Position numbers and translations under genes: made by a program
NCBI GenBank assembly: GCA_001244265.2
Contig: CDLV01000010.1
Span: 372,001 to 436,000, forward strand
DNA: 64,000 bases
Reading direction: 5' to 3'
DNA from: Microbotryum violaceum
Taxonomy: Eukaryota
Shown: in pieces, positions 52,185 to 64,000 of the stretch
How positions within the stretch are numbered: the first letter of the stretch is position 1
Layout: each line of letters starts with the position of its first letter
The notes under the pieces: model-generated
The model's database searches: none
What the model saw: the letters and a program-made list of their open reading frames with translations, nothing else
What the model was told of the DNA's origin: nothing

Positions 52185-54749
52185 TTACTTCTTTTTGCTC
52201 CTCTGCGTCGAACTGGGTGTCGAAGGGGCTAACGTCGGAGCAATGATCGTGCCTCCCGCCGCTTCTGCAGCCCCACCCTGAGCCTCGATCTGATCCCTCG
52301 CTGAAAGCGCAAACATGACATCCCTCATCTGTTCCCTCAAATCATCGACCTCAGCCCTGACTTGCACCGTCTCCGCCTCCCTTTTGGCGACTTCGGATCT
52401 CAGATGCCCCAAATTCTCCGTCAACGACTTGGTCACGGCCTTCTCAGACTCCAATTCCTTCTCCAACTGTTTCCGCATCTTGGTCCATTCGACCTTCTCC
52501 TTCTTCCTCCTCGATTCATCCTCCCCCACCTGTTTTTGCATCGCCTCGAATTTCACCTTCCAAGCGCGACTCGTTTCCTCCTCCCTCGCCTCAATATCTT
52601 TGACCCGCTTGACTAACTCGTTCCTTTCCCCAACCCACCCTTCACGTTCCCTCTCAAGTCCCTCCCGTTTCTTCCTTAACTGCGCAATCTCGTCCTTGTC
52701 CCTCGCCATCTCCTCCTCATAATACCCTCGTTGGGACTCCAATTGACTCGTCATTAGATTCGCATACTCGACCCCCATCGCCTCCAATTTATCCTGCGAA
52801 GCCTCGGTACTTCGATCAGGTCCACCTGTACCCCCTCCTCCGCCACCCGAAGTCGAATTCGACCTCGCGCGTTGCTTGTGCTCCAGATTGGCTTCCGTCG
52901 ATCGTCCATTGTTGCCAAACATGGAAGGCAGTTCGACGAGTTTGCCGTCCGTGCGCGAACGGATCAGACGATGAACGTATTCGTCGTCGGCATAACTCCA
53001 CACGCGGCCCGTCTCGATCTCGAGCGAGTACCTGTGCCCGCTTTCTTCGAAATGAGAGTGCGCGTGACCGCCTTGGTATCGCCCACTGTAGAGAGTGCTC
53101 GCATTAATAGAAGTCACTCGTGAAGTTCAGGTAGAGTGCGACGTACCACCCAACGTTGCCACAGATGACGCAGATCCAAAGGTTCGCCGGCGATTGGCAC
53201 ACCGTGCAGAGAGAAGGTGGAGGCGCCGTATTGGTCCCTCGTCGATTGCGAAGATTCGTCTGTCGACAGATCGGGCACCTAGGAATGCACGATACCCACT
53301 CATCAGTGATCACCAACGAAGTCATTTGAGCGCGGGGTCTCCATCGGGCTCACCTCGAATCGCCCCACTTTAGCAAACACTCGCAATGCGCATCATGAGA
53401 ACAGAGCTGAGAGATGAGACCGCTGACGTTGGCGTCGAGGCGTTCGAGACAGATGGGGCACGTCGGTAGCTCGACCTGATCGTTCGTATCCCCGTCGAGG
53501 TTCGAAGATGGGTAAGGGAACGTGAACGGGGGTGTCGTCGAGGTCTTGAGCTGGATGCTCGAGATGGGCACGACGTGACACAGTTCGGAGTCTTTGGTGT
53601 CGTGGTAGGGGCGTCCGTTGTACATGGTACGGAACTCGGACGCATCGCTCGCTGTAGTTGTGGCAGTCAGAGACCAAAGGATCAGCACTCGCGTTCCTTG
53701 AGCTGCAGCAACGGCCTTCACGTACCATCTCGAAAGCGAATGAGGACCAGAGTTCGGTTAGGGGTCGAGTCTCTGCACACCCGACCAGGCCGTGAGAGAA
53801 GCTGTTAGCGCTGAACCACGGAAGCGCTCTGGATTTGACACTCTGACCAAGCTCCAAGCATACGCGAAACCCACCTCAACACTCTCAGATGCAAGACTGA
53901 GTCCAACGCCGGCGAAATGAACGTCAACAGTGCCGCCGCCGTAATGATCCCAGGGACTGAGACGAGCCCCACTACAGTCCCAGCATCATCCTGCACAGCC
54001 TTGCGCTTCTCCTTTTCTGAACTTTCGCCTGTGACGCCACCTTCGCGATAGAGATGGATTGTGCCCCAGTACAGATCAGTCGTGCCTGATTTCTCGGGGG
54101 GTCGGATCGACGGAGTTCCGGTTGAAGTGGTTGGTGATTTAGGATCTCCTGATGATCTAGACGAGCGAGTGCGTACAAGAGGGGAGCCCGGGATAGACAG
54201 GTGAAGAGAGTTGCCCCCCGCTGGACTGAGGGCAAGATTCTCGATCACCGGTAGAGGCGGGGACATGGACGGATTGTTCGGGGACGAGGACGAGGCGAGT
54301 GGGGCGTATGACATGGGCGTAGGGTGATCAACGCAATCGATCGAGATGGGACCGAAACGAAAGTCGAGAGACGCCTTTTGGGTCGCCTGAGATGGTGTGA
54401 ACAGGTCGGCTGTAGCGATCAAAGGCGGGGCGACCGGTCCAGTTGACTCGGACCACACCCCACTCGAGGCGGTCGCACTCGTAGGCGGTCGACGTGGCGG
54501 ACCCAGCGGCGGTGAAGCAATCGGAGCACTCGAAGTGGTCTGTAGCTTCCTACTGAGGGGGAAGTGGCGCCACAGGCTTCCTGAGGGGAGGACGAGCTTG
54601 CGGTGCGAAGCGAGCAAGTCGTGGTCGAGCGCCGGGGGAAGCCGCGTACGCGTATTCGGGTACAGTGGCGAGGGCTCGAACGTCGTCGAGGTGTGGTCGT
54701 ACAGCTCGATTACGACGCTATATCTCCGTTCAGGTGCGGGCACGGGCAT
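52185..54749 (-). CDS. ETP1: BRAP2/Etp1-type RING + UBP zinc-finger E3 ligase with coiled-coil tail
   Basis: VELPTCPICLERLD (RING), NLWICVICGNVG, HAHSHFEESGHRYSLEIETGRVWSY..DEYVHRL (zf-UBP) and EYANLMTSQLESQRGYYE. Confidence 0.9.
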
Positions 54750-55129
54750 CCATGCGATGCAGAGGCACTGTGGCCGAGAGAGGGACAAGGATCAGATGAC
54801 GGTCGAGGAAGCTGGCGAGGCACTCCAAGCCAACTTCGGGGCTCCACTCTTGACGCCGACCACTTTCGCAGACTTTTCGCCGCCGGTGCCGTCAGCGACC
54901 GAGGCGCGAGTCGGGCTGCCGGCATGCAGATAAGAGGTAAGTAGATGTCTGGACCCGAAGGCAAGGTAGAGACGCAATGGGTTCTGCTATTGGCACAAGA
55001 TGATTACTCGAGTACGCTACACTGGTTTCAAACGCCAGAGTATGACGACAAACTCGGTGAAGATTGTTTCTACTAGTAGGCACAACTTCAGGACGAGAAC
55101 ACTGCTGAGAGCCTCTTCTCCTTTCCCCT

Positions 55130-57146
55130 TCACCGCCTCTCCTGCATGTACGGCCCTTCCTCATACCCTCCTCCCTGGTGGTACAACTCGGGTCCCGGAC
55201 CACGGTGCTGTGGCGAGTGGTGCGGGTGCTGCGAGTGGGGTTGCATAAGCACCGAGGGCTGTTCGTACATCCCCATCGGCGGCTCGGTCGGATTTCCAGC
55301 ATGCTGCAGGTGAGGCGAAGGGCCTGGGGAGCGTTGGTAGTGTTGAGGGTGGGGGTGACCATGCTCGGGTGACATATGGTGCGGATGTTGCTGTTGCGAA
55401 TGGTGCTGTTGCATGCCCGGGTGCTGCTGCGGATGCTGTGGAAAGAAGACACAGGGGCTCGCATCAGTCACTACAAGCTTAAAGCGGTTCTGGCTGGGTT
55501 CTGCTCAGCTGACTCACCATCCCATACTCGGCCGCGTAGTTATGCGGGTGATGCGGAGGGTACACTGTATGACCCTCGGGCGACATGTTGGGAAGTCGTC
55601 CAGGGGACATGTTGCGCTGCATCATGTACGCATAGTCTTGCGAGCTCTGCATGGTTCCTTCGGGGCGGTCGCCACTGGGAAGCGCAGGTGAAGTATAGTC
55701 GCCGTGGATTCCAGGAGATCGCTGCAATGGGTGCAAGCGCTGCGGGGTGTGAGGCGGAGCCGGCAGACCAGAAGATTGCTGCTCCGCGATCGCAAGGTTC
55801 ATCCCCGACGAGTTCGGCAAGGTCTCGGGCGCACCGGTGAGGATCGCTGAAGGGCGGCCTTTACTACGACCCGAAGGGCGGTGGGCACGTGTTCTCAGAG
55901 CAATTTGACCACCATGGATCGACGAGTTCGCTTCAAAAGGTCGCTTGTGCGCCGAGGGCGGCAAAGGGAGCAAAGGTCCGTCGGGGGGAGGCGAGATGTA
56001 GTCGCTTCCATCTTCGGGAGTTACAGCCTGAGAGGTAAGGAGAGATCAAGTCAGGATCCCCGAAGCCCAGAAAAGGTATCTATGCTACCTCCTTCTGCTG
56101 TCACGGCTCCAATGTGTACTCACCAGACATTGTTGAATTAGACGCTGACCCTCGGAGGGGTTCCCGTTCTCCGCAGCTCCCACCAGGGGTTGAAATTTAG
56201 AGGTGGTCTGGGGGACAGAAGGGTCAAGTCAGCTTTTCGGGTGACTTCAGCTTGCCTTAAAGACCAAAATGACTCACAAAAGTGTAAACCTGCCATTAAT
56301 AAGTGATGCGCAGTCGAGAACGGAGCAGAAGCAGAAGTAGAAGCAGAAGCAATATCAGTTATGTCTTCAACCGCGGGTAGTTGTGGTTTTTTTCCGTCAA
56401 GACCAGTCCTGGAGTCGGACAGGTCCGGATCGATAACTCACAATACCTGTTTCCGAGACCACCAGCAGAAGCACTTGAGTTCCAGTGAGCGTGGCTAGTT
56501 CGTATGCCTGCCGGGAGTGGAACGCAAGGATGGGTCAGTAAGGGGAAACTCGCTCCGCCTTCAAGAATCCTACAATACGCACCTTCTTCATGATTCTGTT
56601 GGGTTGAGACGTTTACCGAGACAGGCGGGAGAGAGGCGCAGAGTCAGTGTGGCCCCTCAGAAACCTGCTGGTGACCAGGTGGCGGCCAGAGAACGACGTA
56701 CCCTGCTTTCCGCTTCGAGAAAGTGATGTGGCGTTTTTCCTTCTTGGTTATATATCTGGTAAGGGTAGACCAGACGTCAGTAAAATGGAAAAGTTCCGAA
56801 GAGACGCCGCCGAATCCTAGGCAGTGCGCCCTTGGCCCACGCCGACAGTCAGAGATCTCGCAAGTACTAACTCGATCTCAATCTTGCGACGTCCCTTCTC
56901 TCCACCATCATCGTCATCCATTCCAGCACGTTTCGTCTTCTTACTTGGTCGAGAGTCATCATCGTCGTCGTCATCCGAAGCGGCATCGGGGTTGAATTCG
57001 CGGATGACGGGGGTCTTCATCACCGTGGGGCTGACCGTCGTGGCCGAGAGAGGGACCGACATGTCGAAGCGGATGGGGTCGAGGGTGGGTAACCCCGAAG
57101 TCAAGGGCGGGGAAGGGAGCTGTTCGGTTGAAAGGAAGGAGGTCAT
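55130..57146 (-). CDS. MCM1: SRF-type MADS-box transcription factor (Mcm1-like)
   Basis: Spliced MADS domain GRRKIEIE|YITKKEKRHITFSKRKAG|IMKK|AYELATLTGTQVLLLVVSETGI|VYTF|TTSKFQPL...GQRLIQQCL. His/Gln/Pro-rich tail. Confidence 0.93.
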
Positions 57147-59220
57147 GCAGCGGCGCTCGCGCGTGCGAGCCGTAGGGGCGGCGGAGGGGGCCGGTGGAGG
57201 GAGGGAAAGCCGACGGGTGGAAAGGGGTTCCGATCACGTGCCAAGTTCACCGCACGGGATGTGATTGTATATTCGGATTCGGGTTAAAGAAGATGTTGTT
57301 AGACGGGCTAGGTGTTGACGGACGGGGTTGCCTTAGGGTGATAAGCGCTGATGCGTTGAGGCCGAGGCAGAAGAGTCGGGACGAGGGGGTGCCGGTCGTG
57401 AAGCGGGTGAGGCGATCGAGCGAAGGAAAGAGGTCCAAGCGGGCGCGGTCTCGAAGACAATTGCAGATGGGCCACAGCAGGATTGCAAGTACCAAAGACG
57501 TGTCAAACGTCGGGCGTGGATGATTGATAGAGCGCAGTGAGGGCTCCTCTTGTAAGAGTACGAAGCACCAGGCTTGTCCGAGCTCAAGGTTCAGCCGCGG
57601 GAATAGGTTGGCGCGAGAAGGCTTGCGGTTTGACGACGAAGCGATGGGCGGCCGCCGGGGTTGGTCGACGTCGGCTCGGTGAAGGTCGAGGTGAATTGGC
57701 GAAGGTAGAGATGTCGCAGAAGGTAAAAATCGAACAAAAAGGTGGTGAGGCTGAAGCGCAAGGGCAAAGAGTGAACCAACAGATACAAGTTGACGAAGTA
57801 GAGGGCCAAGAAGGACGAAGAAAGGAAGGCGATGCCTGATCCCGGATGCCCGAAAGCGCGCTGGCTGCTGCCCCGATAATGAAGATCAGCGAGCGCGCGG
57901 CGCTGAAAGAGGCTCCGCACAGACCGGTGTGCCTCTTTCGACCTTGGCCTCGGTAGTAGTCTCTTCGTCCACACGGCGCAGGCTGTCAGATCAAATTTGC
58001 TAGACTCCTTCTCGATCTTTGCTGGAATCGACGGCACATGATGCATTCCCAGACCCCCCTCCCCGCTCCCCGCTCCTCCTCTCGCGCTGCAGGTCGCCGC
58101 CAGAAGTGCAATTGGCTCAGCATCACGTCGGATCGAAACGCCGCTGCCCTTGACGAGGGGCTTGCTAATCTCGAGTCGTATTCGAGGCCATATACCCCTG
58201 CACGAGGTGAGAGGACACTGCGCTCTTACACAGCACTTTTTTAGAACCGCGAGTTGTTGTTGTTCCAATCGTTACATAGCATGTCCTGCCCAGTGCAAGA
58301 AGTCCTCGCATTTTTTTTGGAATCGATTTCACTTGGGGGCACACCAATTAGTACTGCATGCATTACCACAGCCGACTAATCAAGGCTCTGACTGCGCCGC
58401 CTCATCGAGGAAAGTCCGAGCCCAGGCTGCGTCGCGACGCGCTCAGTTGCGTGCCCCCGTCCATGCCACCACCGAGTCTCTGGAGCCTGCACAACAAACA
58501 AAACATCCGAAAGGTCCACCTAGGAACTCGGATGCCGAGGTTCCACGTCTAGCCCAGTGGGAGAGGGCACGGGTTCCCGCGCCGGACCTGCCTCTCCAGG
58601 AAGGACCGCGTGCAATTTCCTCACTTACTCGATGGGGCAAGTTTGACTGCTTTGACTGCCCGCCGCCGCCGCCTCCCCGCCTGCGGCGCGCGCACGCCTA
58701 CGCTCAGAGGTCTCGACTTGCCTCTTCCGGATGGACGCCCGTGCGGGCGGAATGCACGCCTTCACGCATTGGCCCGGTCAGCGGCTAGGGTCGAACGCTT
58801 GTAGACAGGGTGGTCCAGACCCTCTTGCTCGAATACACCCGTGGGACTACTGCCGTCGTGGCTCTGGCTAGGAGAGCACCGGGTTTCCGGGGCAAAAACT
58901 CAAGACCGCCCCAGCCGCGGCCCTTGGCTGGGAAAAAAGAGACCCCTAAAACGAGCAGCCCCTTTTCGGGTCAAAGAAGGGAGGCGGATCGCGCAGAGCG
59001 AAGCGAGAATACGCTGATTGATCCCACGCAACTCTTGAACGAGATGGTTCGGCAGCTCACAATCTTGTTGCCCATTAAGCACAGCCGTTGGGATATGGTT
59101 GCTCTGACCACCTACTTGTAAATGTGTGACCGTAAGGAAGAGGTTTTCCGATCTGGCGCGCGATCGATCGCAGAATATCAGGCTTCCGAACTCTCATCAG
59201 CGATGAGGGATACCTACAAG

Positions 59221-61330
<2,110 letters not shown>

Positions 61331-61436
61331 CCGCTCCCCCCACCACCACCACACACACACCAAATTCTTGTGACATCATTTTCTCCTACTGTACACTAAA
61401 TAGATCGCTTTCATCTTTCATTTGTTACAGGTTTAC

Positions 61437-61960
61437 CGTTGCGGATCATGGACCATCTCGCGATTTGGCGTCGACTCGGTGTGGCTCGCGCTCTTCGGCT
61501 TGGGGGTTCTGAGTCAAGGGAGGGATCAGCGGACACAGGCAGAAAGTCGGCTTTGAGGGGCCAGGGACTGCCGATGGGGGAGGTTTTGAGGGACCTTCAC
61601 CGCGTCTTGTTGTGACTGAGCAGAGACTTGGAGCGTCGAGGGTCGTGGTGGTTACGCAGTCGTGCTCTTGTCTTCGTCTCGACCGAGTGGGAAGTGGCTG
61701 TGGGGTGGGCCTTCTGTCGTTAGTACATTTCTTTTCTTTCTTTTTTTCTCTTCATCTCTCTTTCTCTCTCTCATTAGTCTCCTGGGGGGAGCAACCGCTT
61801 GGCTAGGGCATTTGAATCCCAAGTATCGGATTGGTGGACACCGGCCCGTTTCTCGTATCTTGCGGGCGGTTTGTGTTATCATCGTCGACTTCCATCTAGT
61901 TTTTCCGTAGGCCAATCAGGGGGAACAGGAATTGGGGGCAATATGATGAACAAGTTCTAC
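61437..61960 (+). repeat. ~525-bp repeat, copy A, followed by an A-rich tail
   Basis: Aligns end to end with 62227-62755 (e.g. ttctgagtcaagggagggatcagc, ttgaatcccaagtatcggattggtggacaccggcccgtttctcg, gggggcaatatgatg). Confidence 0.9.
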
Positions 61961-62226
61961 AAAACAAAAAAAACAAAAATCCTCCTTTCATTCGTCTCTG
62001 GGAGGGAGCAACCGTGGGTGGGGGGGACTTGAACTCGGATGTATCGGGTTGGTCTGTTCTGCTAGTTACAGCTCATCGAGCGGCGGTTGGGGTTATCGTC
62101 GTGCATACTGGGCAGCATCTCCTTTAGTTCCGTAGGGGGTTTTCTCGTCTTGCAAATTAGCGATGAGTTCCATACCAAAAATAAATAAATAAAACATAAA
62201 AAATAAATAAAATCCAGTTCTGCTTT

Positions 62227-62755
62227 CGTTGCTCATAGACCGGCTTGCGATTTGGGATTGACTCGACGGTGGCTCGCGCTCTTTGGCTTCGGGATTCTGA
62301 GTCAAGGGAGGGATCAGCAGACACAGGCAGAAAGAGACAGTCGGCTTTGAGGGGCCAGGGACTGCTGAGGTGGAGGTTTTGGGGGGCCTCCACTGCGTCT
62401 TGCTGTGAACGAGCATAGACTTGGGGCTTTGTGGGTCAGGGTAGTTGCTCAGTCGCTCTTCAGTCTTTGTCTCGACCGAGTTGGGAAGTGGGTGCGGGGT
62501 GGGCCTCTTGTCGTTAGTAAATCGTTTGATTACTCTTTCTCTTTCTCTCTCTCTCTCCTCTCTCTCATTCGTCTCCAGGGGGGGAGCAGCCGCTTGGCTG
62601 GGGCACTTGAATCCCAAGTATCGGATTGGTGGACACCGGCCCGTTTCTCGCATCTTGCGGGCGGTTTGTTTATCATCGTCGACTTCCATCGAGTTTTTCC
62701 GTAGGCCAACTAGGGGGATCATGAACTGGGGGCAATATGATGGACAAGTTCTACC
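62227..62755 (+). repeat. ~525-bp repeat, copy B (diverged from copy A)
   Basis: Same blocks as copy A, with an internal (CT)n tract. A third, more diverged partial copy lies at ~61985-62055. Confidence 0.9.
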
Positions 62756-64000
62756 CCGCCCCCCCAAACAAAGGAAAAAAGGTTTCTGACAAACAAAAAG
62801 GCCAACATGAACGAGCTTTAGTGTCGAGCCTGTCAGTGGGTGCACACGGCCGTCTGAGACCGAGGTAGTTGCTATACATTTGAGCTTGAGCGATTTGAGC
62901 TTTGAGCCCTGCGCACTGGCCTTTGCGCATTGGGCGATCGGGCAATGGCCGGCCAGAGAGGATCGTTCCTCTACCGCCTCGGAAGATTCAGCGTCCATCT
63001 CATCGCCTCACACCTCGGGACCTGGCATCTCAGCGACTCGCAACCCACTACCTCATTATTCAGGTCGGGGTGAAATATACCGAAAATGCGGATTGGGAGG
63101 TGAAGTCTCGACCATCGCTCGCATACGCTCCATTCCGATGCTTGAAACCCCCATGCAGCCTAATGATAGTTCACCAACATCTATTGCTTCACAAATATTT
63201 TTTACTACAGTCAATTCCTTCTGTCTTCCAAGACCGTCGTCAGGGAAATCGGGAAAGCTGCCATGCTCGCCATTCGCGGTCAAGCTACGAATACCACTTA
63301 GAGACCCTCAAAGATCTCTCTCGGCCGCGCCGCCGCACGCCACCAGACCACGGTGGTTTCGGTTTGAGTGTTTTCCCTCGTCCCCCCCCCCTCCCCCGAT
63401 TGATCACGCCAAGCAAGTCTTTCAACTCTTCGACATTCGTCCAGTCGGCAAACCAACGCAACCACTTCACCATACGCAAACTGTCCTCCAACCAGCATTG
63501 TCGCTCTTGAATCTGGATCTGGGGGGCCTACTTTGCCACCCTCTACCTAATATAGGACCATACGGCGAAGAGGACGAGTGAACTGTTTTCTCAACGCTGG
63601 GTCCGCTACTTCGAAGCCTGGGCGTCGGTGGCAACACTGAACCCCCACCCCAAACTTTCCAAGGTCCAGAACCTCGAGGAACAGGCAAACCACGTGCTCT
63701 TCTTCCAGCGGGCCACGAAATTCACTCTCCGTGAACCCGACGTTCTTCCGAGGCCCTGACGGCGAGGTACAGCGATGACTCCGTCCTCGTTTGTGAACGC
63801 GTCCAAACGCCACCACGCCTGCCTGTACCCCTTGATTGTTCCTTAAGGACATCTCAAAAGAACTTCGATTCCCCGATCAATGCTGGAAGTCGTGGTGGAA
63901 GGCCTTGCGGAAGATTCGTAGAGTTCACTCGGATGTCAAAGATACCGCCAACTTCCACTCCCTGGAATCCCTCAAGCCAGGTCAACAACTCGTGTCCCCC

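Noticed and set aside
58406..58545. GAGGAAAGTCCGAG resembling RNase P RNA conserved region I, with a downstream ctcgga
   Set aside because: No recognisable CR-II to CR-V motifs or P1 helix, and the spacing is too short. Likely chance.
61423..61961. Repeat copy A read as a solo LTR (TGT...ACA ends)
   Set aside because: No target-site duplication, copy B lacks these termini, no PBS/PPT or gag-pol between the copies, and A-rich tails fit non-LTR ends better.
62800..64000. Possible further transposon coding remnant at the window end
   Set aside because: No recognisable RT, integrase, transposase or gag motif in any frame.

Overview
Intron-rich fungal genomic DNA. The short GT-AG introns with GTGAGT/GTCAGT/GTACGT/GTTCGT donors and CTRAC branch sites, and the protein style, suggest a basidiomycete, plausibly Microbotryomycetes (inference). 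About 21 spliced housekeeping genes can be assembled by hand: alpha/beta hydrolase, SLC35F transporter, DUF2420/Rmr1-like protein, THR1, a G1-type cyclin, RRP4, a Con7-like C2H2 factor, a membrane-anchored coiled-coil protein, a small SET/post-SET protein, RPB4, a Ser/Asn/Gly repeat protein, VMA12, a hypothetical protein, RPC4, TAF10, RPL30, PMM/SEC53, ERG7, an Arp9-like protein, ETP1/BRAP2 and MCM1. The last 5 kb is repeat-derived. Most notable: (1) a 72-nt tRNA-like gene with a TTA (ochre-reading) anticodon position, enclosed by a perfect 28-bp inverted repeat, head-to-head with a 5'-truncated L1/Tx1-like LINE that is followed by tandem A-tailed ~525-bp repeats; (2) a highly base-paired ~210-nt element inside an unusually long SET-gene intron that also has a 220-nt AG-free zone; (3) a diverged, intron-retaining 3' half of a second PMM gene starting right after the ERG7 stop, with a possible in-frame splice from ERG7. 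All gene models are manual, family calls come from recognised motifs, and no database searches were run.
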